64,000 nt of DNA from Podarcis pityusensis. Lineage: Eukaryota. Made by a program: the position numbers and the translations under genes. The first letter of the stretch is position 1, and each line of letters begins with the position of its first letter. The notes below the pieces were generated by a model. That model searched no databases. It worked only from the letters and a program-made list of their open reading frames with translations, and was not told the DNA's origin. The stretch is taken from assembly GCA_964106645.2 (NCBI GenBank), contig OZ067042.1, one strand, 5' to 3'. Shown in pieces: positions 49,996 to 62,119 of this stretch.

Positions 49996-50224
49996 CAGTT
50001 GCAATCGAAATTATTCAACCCCTCCATTGAAAATCAGGTTTATTATCAAAATTTTCAGTGAGCAAACCAAACAAAAGCAATCGAAATAGCTCAACACAAC
50101 GGAGCTATTTCCCTGTATGCAGCTGAAAATTGTTTGATTTGCTCGCTGCAAACAGCTGAAAGTCTGTAAATTTTGATAATGAACCCGATTTGCAATGGGG
50201 GTTGAATAATTTCGATTGCAACTG
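49996..50224. mobile_element. Tc1-type foldback MITE
   Basis: TA-CAGTTGCAATCGAAATTATTCAACCCC ... GGGGTTGAATAATTTCGATTGCAACTG; long imperfect arms. Confidence 0.9.
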
Positions 50225-51100
50225 TGGGTGGCACAGGGCTTACCTGCCCCCTCTGTATTTTATTCAAGTTGGGCCCCCTGCTTCAATTTGTGCCCCAAAA
50301 TGCACCAGTAGCCCATGCAACTGGTGTCAACGTGTTCTCAGCATCCTGCCCCCCTGAGCACACAAGCAGCTCCACCCCACCCCATCTGAGGCTTCCAGGT
50401 CATCATAAAAGGCAGCTCCATGCAGATCTCATTTCAGTAGTCTAGTCCTGGTGCAAGGGAGAGCCAGTGAAATAGGCGGTGGACATGGAGGCTCACCCCG
50501 GGCCCAATCCCAGCCACCAGAAACCCACGGAGACAGAGAACCCTACACTCCAGGGTGAGATCCCCAAAGGCTGCAACCCTCCCAGACTCCACCAAGGGGG
50601 CAGCATCCTCACACATGGCCTCAGGCTCCACTTGCCAAGGCAGGACACATCCCTAGAGAGAAACAGCGGACTGATGAATGGGTAGTTCTCAGACCCGAAG
50701 CCTGGGGTTCTCCACCCCTCAGCAAGCAGGTGGAGCCTGGCAAAGGCAGCTGAGGTCTAGGAAGTACATAAGGACTCGGCGGAAAGTGCTTTCGAAAATG
50801 TTTTCAGCAGCCCTGAAAAGCACCTCTATTTTCAGCAATTGTTAGGGGACTACGAATGTCTGTCTGTTCACTCAAGAGTAAGGGCGATTGGTGAGCCCAT
50901 GCGTGCCGGTGCTTCCAACCATCCGTCCGCAGAGCACTGTCAGCCCTCTCCGTCGTCTTTGTTTGTGCTCAGCACTGTGACAGCGCCGCTGATTATTTGG
51001 GATTGTGGTGGGATGAGGCGGTACTGGCATCATTGCTGCCATCTCCCTCACCACACATTTAAAGCACATGGCATCCCACAAAGAACCCTGGCAACTGTTG

Positions 51101-51881
51101 TTGTTCAGGGTGCTGTGAACTGTAGCTCTGCGTGCAGAAAAACTACAGCTCCCAGTGGTCTTTGGAGCGAGGAGTGTGCTTTGAATGCCAAGTGGGCACG
51201 TAGGCTCGGTCACCTTTCTTGGCTATCGCTGATTGTCTATCCAGCCCTGTGATGGCATTATTCTGGGATCCCTGATTGTTGTTGTTTATTGTTTAGTCGT
51301 GTCCGACTCTTCGTGACCCCCTGGACCAGAGCACGCCAGGCACTCCTGTCTTCCACTGCCTCCCGCAGTTTGGTCAGACTCATGCTGGTAGCTTCGAGAA
51401 CACTGTCCAACCATCTCGTCCTCTGTCATCCCCTTCTCCTTGTGCCCTCCATCTTTCCCAACATCAGGGTCTTTTCCATTCTCTTCTCATGATGTGGCCA
51501 AAGTATTGGAGCCTCAGCTTCAGGATCTGTCCTTCCGGTGAGCACTCAGGGCTGATTTCCTTTAGAATGGATAGGTTTGATCTTCTTGCAGTCCATGGGA
51601 CTCTCAAGAGTCTCCTCCAACACCATAATTCAAAAGCATCAACTATTCGGTGATCAGCCTTCTGGGATCCCTGATTTGTTGGGACTATTAACATGAATAA
51701 AACATGTTTGATGTTTGTTCAGGGTGCTGGGAACTACAGTCCCCAGTAGTCTTTGGAGTGAGGAGTGTGCTTTGAATGCGCAGTGGGCATGTAGGCTCGG
51801 TCATCTTTCTTGGCTATCACTGATTGTCTATCCAGCCCTGTGACAACATTATTCTGGGATCCCTGATTAGTTGGGACTATT
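51101..51881 (+). repeat. Local tandem duplication (~170-190 bp unit); first copy interrupted by Bov-B
   Basis: 51101-51277 plus 51677-51690 aligns with 51715-51881. Confidence 0.85.
51278..51659 (-). mobile_element. Bov-B (RTE clade) LINE 3' fragment
   Basis: DAFELWCWRRLLRVPWTARRSNLSILKEISPECSPEGQILKLRLQYFGHIMRR; end GTCACGAAGAGTCGGACACGACTAAAC(AAC)n; 17-bp TSD TTCTGGGATCCCTGATT (51261-77 / 51660-76). Confidence 0.95.
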
Positions 51882-54800
51882 CATGTTGTGAAGGGGACAG
51901 AATTCCTTATTATAGGTAGTGGGCACTGAATCAGCAGCCAATGAGCAAAACAGTGGTGTATCCCCCATTCTCACTGATTTCAGGGCGCCCACTACTTTCA
52001 CCCTGAAATGGGCAAATGTTTGGCAAAGCTGTAACAACATTTCGTATGTATATGATACTTCAGAGCAGGCGCAGGTGCTGCATATCGTTGCATGCCGCCC
52101 CAATCTATGAGCAGTGCAAGATTCCAGGGTTTTCAGGCATTTACACAGGGTTCATGTTTCCATTTGGGCATGAGACACAGCGGAGACTGTGGTGTCTTTA
52201 TGGTATATGGCTTATTTTCACCTGTATACGGCCTGAGCCTACACTTGAGGGGCTCCTCCCATTGCTACAGCCTTGGATTCAAACAGATCCCAGCCATGGC
52301 TCTGACTCTCTGCTCACTTTTACAGACTGCAACCTTTCTCCCCCAGGTCACCTCACAGCCAACTCTGAAACTCTGCTTTTAAACTCTGCTTTGTCTTCCA
52401 AACTAAACTCTGAGTTGAGGGAGCGGCCTGTCCTCCCATTTGCTCTCTTTGGCTTTCCCAATGGCTCATTACCCTCCCTTTGTCTTTTTTAATGGCTCAT
52501 CTCCAAGACGATTTCCTGTCATGGAAAGCTGGACTGGCTTATATTTTAATTTGTGCTAAATCCAGTGTCTGACATCCAGTTTCAGCATTCTAAGCAGCAA
52601 CTGAATTCTAACACTTACGGAATCCAGAAATTTAGGGTGCCCAGCACCCACAAACTCATAGCACTGTATTAAAGAAGGCAGAATGGGGTAGATAACCAGG
52701 CTGCGCTTTTCAGGCAGGGAGACATAGTGAGAACAATTACTTCATATGTTGAATTTCTACCTAGCAGAGGCAAAGTCCTGCCACAACAAAGTACAGTATG
52801 TGTCGGATCATGCAGTTCCAGCCTGCCATGATTTCATATCCCTTTTCCCCTTCCCAAAAGGGCCATGATCCTAGAACACACCAAGGCTGGAAAGGTGATA
52901 AATAACATTGCATTTACAGTAGAAGTGGGAGCCTAGTGTGAAGCACTGCTTCTTTCCCTTAGAGCTGGGTTGTTCTTTGCACATCAAGAACTGCTGGAAT
53001 AGCTCGACTCCTACTTTTCCATCTGGGAAATGGGTCCAACAGCAGTACCCTGTTTTATCTACCATACTGTGATTTTGTGAAGATTAATGATGCCAGGATT
53101 AGAGAGTGCTGGGGGGTGGGGAATGGCAAGCATCCTTATACTTAAGCTATCATCATCAACAACAACATCATCATCATATAAGTAATAATAATAGCAATCC
53201 AAGTTTCATACCTCTAGTCCATATGATTTTTTATGACCGACAAAATATTCAAAATTAAAGGGAGAAAACCAGTTCCTTAGTGCTACTTTTTCCTTGATTT
53301 TTTAAAATAAAATAAAAAATGTACTTTTCCAAAGCCGTTCCTTTGACCTCCCCCTCCCAAGGCGCAGTCTGCTTTCCAAAGGTTTCAGAATGCCCTGCCA
53401 GTGAGGGTGCACTTGCGATCTGAGGCAATGCTGTTTGATTTCGAGGGATGTCAATACATGCGGATCAAATGCCAGCCAATTTTCTTTGTGTGCATTTCTC
53501 TCTTGTCACAACCTCCCCAACCTTCTCTCTGGCCCCGTTGTTGTGACATATTTTTTTCCTTTTGCCGTGTCGATTTCCAAAGAGGGAAATCAAAAGCCCG
53601 AAGGGAGTGCGAGGGGCGGGGGGTGAGGGGAGAACACACTTGGGAGCTGTCAGGCCAGCAAATTCAGCTCAGTTCAGCGATACTTTGTTGTCCTGACAAG
53701 CCGCACAGGTTTTTAATCCATGCATTGGGGGGGATAAAGGGAGAATTTTACAGGGCTTGCCAATCTTTTAGGCCTACGGGCACATCTGGATTTATCCCTG
53801 CATCTTGTGGATACCACCCCCTTCCATCATTTCCCTCCTCCGTCCTCCTGCACAGAGATGCAAGATCACGTTATGTTCCTGGGAATCGGGTACGTTCGCC
53901 TTTAAATGCGAATCAAATCAAATCTCCCCACCGTCCTTACTTACATCACATTCAGTTTGACCCCAAGACCCTATTAGCAGGAGATGCCAGGATTGAACCT
54001 GGAACCTCGCAGAGATGCAAAGCACCGCTCTCCTGCTGAGTTGTAATAAGGCCTCACGGGCATCTCTTTCATGCTGTTTAGAGGCAACTTGGATATCTGG
54101 GAGAAAAAGCTCCAGACAGATTTCAGAGCCAAGATGTCAAGCTTCCGTCTATCAGATGCGATTGTCCCATTTCCAGCCCGTCTCTGTTAGCACCTGCCAT
54201 TTCCTATATTCTGTGCTGGCCTGAAGAGATAGCTGTGGCATCTTGGCTCAGTTGCATTCGCAGAGGGGACGATGCCACAGAGAGCGCAAGAACCAGCAAG
54301 CCGTGAGTGGAAGGAGAGGGAGATGGCTCCTCATTCCATAAAGCAGCAGTAGCCAATGTGGCTCCCTCCTGGTGTTGTGAACTACAACTCCCATCAGCCT
54401 CAGCTGCCATGGCCAAGGGTGAGAGATGATGTCCACAGCATCTGGAGGTCACCACATTGCCTATCCCTGTTGTAAAGCAAGAGGGAAACCCAAGAGGGAA
54501 ACCACAGAAGTGTGGGATGTTTCATCCCTGAAGCAGTCAAACACAACATTTCCTGTTGCCTAGAGTGGACACACAGGGGAATGTTGCTCTAGACAAGGAA
54601 GACTTCCTGTCATACCTGCTCTGGAGCCTCCTTCCCCTGTGTGTGTCCAGGTAGATGGGCGTGACCCTAGCAGACCCTAAAAAAGGGCTAGCCAAGCAGC
54701 CATCTTCCTCTTTTGGACTCTTTTGCTCTCTCTCTTTTTTGCGTTTTAATCTTTATTGGTTTTCGGAATACATCACAGTTAAACTTCTCCATCAAAAACA

Positions 54801-54943
54801 AAAGAATGTACCGAAATGTTGGAACTAAAGTAAAGATATATCATGAAGTACTGAGACTTCCCTCAACACCAACATGGGTCCTCTACTTTTCTAAGTTAAC
54901 TGCATATTAAATAGTATCTAGTTGATATTGATCCATTATTACC

Positions 54944-55471
54944 TTTTTTAAAATACATTTTTATTGATTTTTTAACATCTCATTTCCAACAATCATTTAC
55001 CATAAATTCTTATCTTATAGAATATTTTAGACTTCCATCAACCACCTCTGAAGATTTTCCGTTCTTTATCACTTATTCTGCATTTCTTAATTTCTATATT
55101 ACTTTTAATTATCATTAACTAATAGTTCTTTTCATAGTCTTCCTTGCAATATTTCACATAATCCTCCTTACAGAACTTCTTGCAGTCCTACTAGCGTAAT
55201 CTGTTTATTACAGTTGCTTTTTAAAGAATTCAAATATTTACTCCAGTCTTCTAAGAATCTCTGGTCCCGCAGGTTTCGAATCCTTCCTGTTAATTTGTCT
55301 AATTCTGCATAGTCCATTAATTTCATTTGCCACTCTTCTTTCGTCGGTAATTCTTCTTGCTTCCATTTTCGTGCCAGTAGTATTCTTGCTGCTGTTGTTG
55401 CATATAAAACCAATTTACAATCCTGTCTGTTAATGTCCTCCCCTACAATGCCCAGTAAAAATGCTTCTGGT
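54944..55471 (-). mobile_element. L1 LINE 3' fragment
   Basis: ORF LYATTAARILLARKWKQEELPTKEEWQMKLMDYAEL; T-rich tail; TSD CATTATTACC/CATTATTTCC. Confidence 0.88.
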
Positions 55472-56604
55472 CATTATTTCCATAGGTTATGTCACATCAC
55501 AGGTGTCATTCAAGGCCTGCCAAAGATTCCAGGTGTTTACAGTGATCTTTTAGGTATTGTCTATATTTGTCCCACTCTCTGTTAAGTTTTTGGTTGTCAT
55601 GATTCTTTTGCTCTTTTACCTAGAAAGCAAGGGACAAGGGGGAAACCCTGCTAAAACCCTGCTGGACAACCCACCTGCTGAAATTAAGCAACCTTTTACG
55701 CCACAGATGTTTGGTTTATTTTGCAGTCCTGCTTTTATTGCTCTATAGCGTGAAAGAGCCCCTCAAGACAGCAATAATGTCACAAGGTTGGGGGAAGCAT
55801 CAGAGAACAACCCATAAAGAGGAACGATGTGTGGACGGCACAAAATAAATCCACCACTGATGTGCTATTACTGTATCAACAACGTGTCGCAAAACACACC
55901 TGCAAAACAAGCACACACACACACATCGGTCTGGAGGGACCAAATTGCTCTTGCAGGACAGGGTTTAGGAATGGCTGAAATAACTCCACAAACCAGACAA
56001 CGTTCCTGCAAGGAAGGCCTGGGGCAGAGGCTGGAAGAAAGGAGGCTGCAGTACCGCTGCTTACAGGCATTCATAATTTTTATGGATTGCTCGTATTTCA
56101 AGAGCTCTCGCCATAATATGAATGCTCTTCCCAGTATTACTCTAATAGCGCTGCGCACATTGTCTTGTCTGCTCAAATAAACATGACTCACGGCCTCCCC
56201 TTGGAAAAATGCAGGGTTGTGCAGGATAATAAGGGGTTTGCATTTAGGAGTTAGTGATCTATTCTCCAGCTTCTTATTTAATAATTCAAATAAAATGATG
56301 CCAGTGGATATTCTTGATTTTTTTTTTTTTTTATTAGAAAGGATATCGACGAATGAATTTGGTTTCTGTTAGTTGGCGGAGTCTGTCAAATCAAGGTAAT
56401 GAGGCAATGGTGTTGGGGGAAAGGTTACCCACAACACCCACCTCAAAATGCTTGGCTTACAATGCCATCCTATAACAAATCCTCTGGATACTTCACATTT
56501 ACAGTACAATCCTCACCATATTTATTCAGAAGCAGTTCTGGACTACAGCTCCAGCTCTGGTCATTAGTCATGCTGGCTTGGGGCTGATGAAAATCATCAA
56601 TTTA

Positions 56605-57003
56605 CCATATTTTTCGCTCTATAAGACGCACCAGTCCATAAGACGCACCTAGTTTTTGGAGGAGGAAAACAAGAAAGAAAATATTCTGAATCCCAGAAGC
56701 CAGAACAGCAAGAGGGATCGCTGCACAGCGATCCCGCTTGCTGTTCTGGCTTCTGGGATAGCCGCACGAAGCCTCTTCAGGGCAGGGGGAGCATTCTTCC
56801 TGCTGCCCTGAAGAGGCTTTGTGTTGCTGTCCCAGAAGCCAGAACAGCAAGAGGGATCGCTGCTTTCGCTGCACAGCGATCCCTCTTGCTGTTCTGGCTT
56901 CTGGGATAGCTGCTCAGCCTGCATTCGCTCCATAAAACGCACACACATTTCCCCTTACTTTTTAGGAGGAGAAAAAGTATGTCTTATAGAGCAAAAAATA
57001 CGG
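56605..57003 (-). mobile_element. Tigger/pogo-type MITE, long triple-hairpin form
   Basis: TA-CCATATTTTTCGCTCTATAAGAC ... GTCTTATAGAGCAAAAAATACGG-TA. Confidence 0.92.
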
Positions 57004-57167
57004 TACTTATTAAATCTGTTAGTCACTTTATCTTGCCCAAGGCAGCCCAAAGGGACTTGGAACCAACCAGCCAAATAAACAAACTGCATCTGGAAGGCCA
57101 AGGATGTCCCTCAGCCCTGCCTCAGTGCCATCTTGGATGTGTCCTTGTTTTGAGTTGGCATATCTAG

Positions 57168-57455
57168 ATATTTATTTGCTGCATTTCATAGAATTATAGA
57201 GTTGGAAGGGACCCCCAAGGGTCATCTAGTCCAACCCAACATTTTTATCCCAACCTTTTCTCCAAGGAGCGCAAGGTGGCGTACATGGTTCTCCTCCCTC
57301 CCTATTTTATCCTCACAACAGCCCTGTGAGGTAGGTTAGGCTGAGAGGCAGGAACTGGCCCGGGGTCATCCAGTGAGTTTCATGGCCACGTGGCGGATTT
57401 GAACCCCAGTCTCCCATCTCTTAGTCTGATGCTCTAACCACTACACTACACTGTC
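57168..57455 (-). mobile_element. MIR-like SINE with a CR1 tail (57186-57237) inserted in its 3' end
   Basis: Reverse A/B boxes (CTCTAACCACTAC, GGATTTGAACCC) and core; CR1 tail TCATAGAATTATAGAGTTGGAAGGGACC. Confidence 0.78.
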
Positions 57456-57504
57456 TCCTCTCCCTGACTCGGAGGAAGCCCGCAACACTGAACCCCAGGA
57501 GGGT

Positions 57505-58112
57505 TAGGGTTGCCATATTTTGAAGAGCAAAAAAGAGGAGGCTATGATGACTCTCGTTTTAAATACCTCTACTATATGCAGGCAACAGAAGCTGTGATAT
57601 AATGCTGAGGGGGCAGCAGAAGAGAAGAGGAAAGCAAATCTCCAACCACCAGTTATATCTATGGCTCATCCAGAAAGTATAGTGTTATGTACTGAGTTGA
57701 GCAGGATCCAAAATGCAGCAGTCTGATTGGTCCTAGAACAATAGGATCCAAAATGCAGCAGTTTGATTGGTCCTAGAACAATGCAGCAGCATGATTGGTC
57801 TGCAGGAGCCACCCAATCCAGCTCCAGATGGAAGTGAATCCACAACCTGATTGGCCTACAGGAGAATTCCGGAATTAGCCAATCACATGGGGCCCATTGT
57901 GTAAATAATGTATATAAAGCAGATACTTTGGGGGAACTTTCATTCCTCCTCCCACTATGAGCTGAATAAAGAGCATGAAATCCACTCTCAACTCCGAGTA
58001 TATTTCATATAGTCAGAGGCATTTTGGCAAATTTAAAAAATCCACCCGGACAGAAATTTTACCTCTGGAAAAGAGGACGTGTCCTGGAAAAAGAGGACAC
58101 ATGGCAACCCTG
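57505..58112. mobile_element. hAT-like element ends (TAGGGTTGCCAT / ATGGCAACCCTG) enclosing a solo LTR
   Basis: TIR pair visible; no TSD recognised. Confidence 0.5.
57683..58007 (+). mobile_element. Solo LTR (325 bp)
   Basis: TG...CA termini; 5-bp TSD TATAG (57678-82 / 58008-12); TATATAAA 57911; AATAAA 57965; 40-bp tandem duplication 57703-57782. Confidence 0.9.
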
Positions 58113-58844
58113 CTTTCGGACATCTTCCAACCTTTCCAAGTGAAACACTGGCATTTCTTAACAATATCTAGCTTCAGTGCTGCAGTTGTTTGGTTGACAT
58201 CATTTCCCATCCGCACCACCGTGCCACTTCTAGAATAACCATTGGCAACATGCACACACGAACACAGAGAAATAAAATCAATAAGAGAACTGAGAGATGA
58301 ATCAGCCGGGAAAAAGCAGAATCCCAATGAATTAGATGGTGGGAAGAGAAACAAAGCCAGGAAGTGTCACGGAAAGGGTTAATTCCCAGACTAGCCCCTG
58401 CCAAACCGGGTCACGACCTTGCTCTGCAGGAAGGGCTTGCCATAAACACATCCCATCCACACCATTCGGAAGGCGAAGATGCCAAAGGCTAATTTATTCC
58501 CGTCCTGCCTGGTGAAATACAAGCTCAAATCCATTAGTGGCTGAGGATCATGACCGTGGCAGGAATTTTTGCACAGTTGGTGGGGGGGAGGCAGGGAGGC
58601 CTTTCGTGCTTAGCACTGGCACAGGTCAGTTGAAACTCACTGACAAAGCGCCATCCATGCAGCCGGCACTTTGGAAAAGTGACATAAGCAAAAGGGCAGG
58701 TCTCTGCCCCAAGGAGCTTCCAATCTAAATTTCAGAAAAGGAAGCAAGGGAAGAAAAAGGGAGGAGGCAGGGGTGGATATATGCAAATGTTGTTCTGGGA
58801 GAGGCACATCATCCATGACTAGTGGTTAATAAAAGGCAAAGGAT

Positions 58845-59375
58845 GGTATGCCCCTGGTATACCCCACGGAAGACCTGAAGGTCCACAAATTACAACACTT
58901 TGGAGGTCCCAGGTCGCAAGGTGGTTAGATTGGTCTCAACTAGGGCCAGGGCCTTTTCAGTACTGGCCCCGACTTGGTGGAATGCTTTGTCACAAGACAC
59001 TAGGTCAAACGAAGTGGATGTTGAAGATCATTGCTTCAACACTGGGGATCTTTGCTTCTTTTAGTACACTGGTATTAGTTTGCCTGTCTTCCCAAGTGAT
59101 ATGTTACATTTTTTCGGAGACACCGTAGATGGAATCTTTTGAGGAGCTGCCAATGGCCAAGATACAGCGCCAGGCTGACTTTGGAATTCGTATCAATTCT
59201 GAGTCAGCATTTTAGTTTTTCCAGACCAGTTGGATTGGAAGTGGTTGGGAGGAAGTTCTAAAGGGTGGGCCTCACTACCAAGAAGACCCTGTGCCTGGTT
59301 CCTTGTAACTTTACTACTCTCAGTGAGGGAACCACCAGAAGGCCCGCAGAGCCAGACCCCAGTGTCCAGGCTACA
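58845..59375. mobile_element. Mosaic of L2 (+), RTE (-, ~59005-59150) and L2 (-) fragments
   Basis: RTE-like peptide RFHLRCLRK..ITWEDRQTNTSVLKEAKIPSVEAM on the minus strand; L2-type AGGGCCTTTTCAGTA..TGGTGGAATGC. Confidence 0.6.
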
Positions 59376-61176
59376 CGATCGGGGTGGCATGGAAGAGGCA
59401 TGCTGGGTACCAGGGCATTGGGGCCCTGGCAGTTGCCCAGGGATGCCACAGGCTGCTGCCAGGTTTGAACCAAGCAGGGCTGAAACAAGGAGCTCTGGAT
59501 CTGCTTGACTTATTGCATACCCGCCAACATTTCTCCGATGAAAAAAGGGATGTCCTATTCCATTATTATCTGACGTTTGTATAGTTACTTATCTCCCTGG
59601 CTGAGCGGTCACAAAACTCCATACCCTCCAACATTTCTCTGATGATATTAGGGACATCCCAAGGGAAATTCTGGGATCAAATCAGAAACCGGGGCTTTCC
59701 CTGAAAAATAAAGACACTTGGAGGGTCTGGTATTTCAAAGAAGGAGTAGAAGAGCCTTAAGGAAGTCCAGTTAAGTAAATCAGCTTGATTGGTCTGAAAA
59801 AACGGAGAGCTGCTGCCAGCCAGTGTAGGCAGTAGTGAGCTAAATGGACCAACGACCTGCCTTCATATAGGATAGAGCAAACAAGAGAAGCTTTGACCAT
59901 CAAACTGATGCCTGAGCAGGTGCATTTATATCGGGTCTCTCCCAAAATGTCCTGGGACCTGGCTCGGTGCAGACTGGTTTATTTTTTTAAAAAAAGAAAT
60001 ATTATTATTATTATTCCGAGATGAAGAATTTAATTTTAGTTTTTACAGCTCCTCCTAGATGGATAAATCCCTTCTTGGTGAGCCCCAACCCTGGAAAAAT
60101 CTTGCGAGCCGAGCCTTGGCCCCACTCTGGCATCTGCGCCAGCGATGGCTGTTTCTCTCCAGCCGCACTCTGTAAAGTTTTATAGTTTCCTGGTTCGAGC
60201 TGGAAAGGCCCGGCAGAGCTGGAGTTGAGGTGGGGAGGGTGGTGGTGGGGCGGGGGGAGCAGCGTGAGCAAGCAGGAAACCTGAGACCAGCAGAGGCAAA
60301 GCACAGAAAGGGAGCCAGGTGGGGAGAACCGCTGGTTCAGCATCAGCCACCGCCCCTCTTCCTAGAACAACTGGGAGAGAGGGCAATTTCTGCAGCCCAA
60401 ACAGGAACCCCCTGGGCATTCCCTGGATGCAAATAAATTTCTTAGGCTCAAGCCCAACCTAAATTAAAAGGCATTCCCCTTGGTCAGTTGTTCTCTTGCA
60501 GGTCTCAGAAGGAGGAATGTTGTGCCAGAAAATATGTTGCATTCCCATTCTTGGCTCATTTTCAGAGGAAGGCTTTAAGATGAACCCTCTACCCAATCTG
60601 GTGAAATGCACAAGCGCACAAAACACACACACACACCTCATTGAGCTTTCTCCAGGCCCTTGGCTGAGATGCTGCAGCGGCTTGGAATGTTCACAAACAG
60701 TTCAACTTCTCAGGACTCGTGCGGCAAACAGTGCAGATCCCGAATGCGAGAAACAAATGCAGACTTGAATTCCAAATGTGGCATTTCCCCCTTAAATGTG
60801 AAGGATATGTGAGCACACAAAAAAGGAACGCGTGCATGATTTCGTTCTCAAAGTTGTAAACACACCATCGACGCAAAGGCCGACTCACAAATATTATATC
60901 CATTCCGCCAGCGAACACTTACAGCAAAGGTTAATCTTAAACCACGAAGGTGTAGACACCGGCGGTGCCCCAGATGCACAAAGTGGGGGGCTGGGTGGGG
61001 TGGGGGACATCCACCTGCAACAACAGAGGAATGCATTAAAGCATATTCCAAACAAGAACAATGTTAACTCCCTCCCCAAGCACACAAATTCGCCACAGAG
61101 CTAAGCTGCATACATTAGAGGAACCAAAGTGCCTTTCAAATTGCGGCTCTTGTAAGCATTTGCATGGCTGCAGATA

Positions 61177-61505
61177 AAAGGTAAAGGGACCCCTGGCCGT
61201 TAGGTCCGGTCGTGACCGACTCTGGGGTTGCGGTGCTCATCTCGCTTTATTGGCCAAGGGAGCCGGCGTACAGCTTCCGCAAAGCCGCTTCTGGCGAACC
61301 AGAGCAGCGCATGGAAACGCTGTTTACCTTCCCGCCGGAGCGGTACCTATTTATCTACTTGCACTTTGTGCTTTCAAACTGCTAGGTTGGCAGGAGCAGG
61401 GACCAAGAAACGGGAGGTCACCCCATCGCGGGGATTCGAACCACCAACCTTCTGATTGGCAAGTCCTAGGCTCTGTGGTTTAACTCACAGCGCCACCCGC
61501 ATCCC
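61177..61505 (-). mobile_element. Sauria SINE with ~20-bp internal deletion
   Basis: Reverse complement of the 4005 element; TSD TGGCTGCAGATA at 61165-76 / 61508-19. Confidence 0.95.
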
Positions 61506-61859
61506 TGTGGCTGCAGATAGAGGGGGCAATTTAGTGTAGACATGGTGCAGCCATGGGATCTAGTCCTCTGCCAAGTGCCATCCCCTTTTGCCCCCACCCC
61601 ATTTAACACAGACTTCCTCTTCCCATGCCTTTTTCTTCTTCTCAGGTTTTCCACCTAAAGTCCAGATTAAATGGGGGGGGGGGGGATATGGGACGGCATT
61701 TCGATGCGGGTGGCATTATTCTGTGCAAAACCTGGGCTGTGTACACACCATACATTTAAAGGACCTAATGCCATGAGCCCTACAGTGCTTGGTTGGCAGG
61801 ATTGGGTTGGCAGGGTCTGATGCAGGAGAAGGAAGAAAGAGCTGGGATGGGGGGCAGCA

Positions 61860-62119
61860 CAGTCATATCTCATGTTATGTTTCCTTCATGTTACGTTTTT
61901 TCAGGTTGTGTCCCACGGTGACCCAGAAGTACCGGAAAGGGTTACTTCCAGGTTTCGCCGCTCGCACATGCGCATAAGTGCTAAATTGCGCTTCGCGCAT
62001 GTGCACAAGCGCCAAATCGCACCGCGCACCTGTGCAGATACGATGCTTTAGGTTGCGGGCTTTTCATGTTGCGAACGGGCCTCCGGAATGGATCCTGTTT
62101 GCAACCAAGGGTACCACTG
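61860..62119 (-). mobile_element. Tc1/mariner-superfamily MITE
   Basis: CAGTCATATCTCATG ... GGGTACCACTG-TA; reverse copy of the 37355 family. Confidence 0.88.

Noticed and set aside
50589-50605. Possible CTCF site
   Set aside because: Needs a gap or several mismatches in the core.
53401-54039. 212-aa ORF
   Set aside because: Runs into a SINE fragment; no homology recognised.
57703-57800. Repeat-spacer-like pattern (CRISPR-like)
   Set aside because: Simple tandem duplication inside an LTR in a vertebrate genome; no unique spacers.
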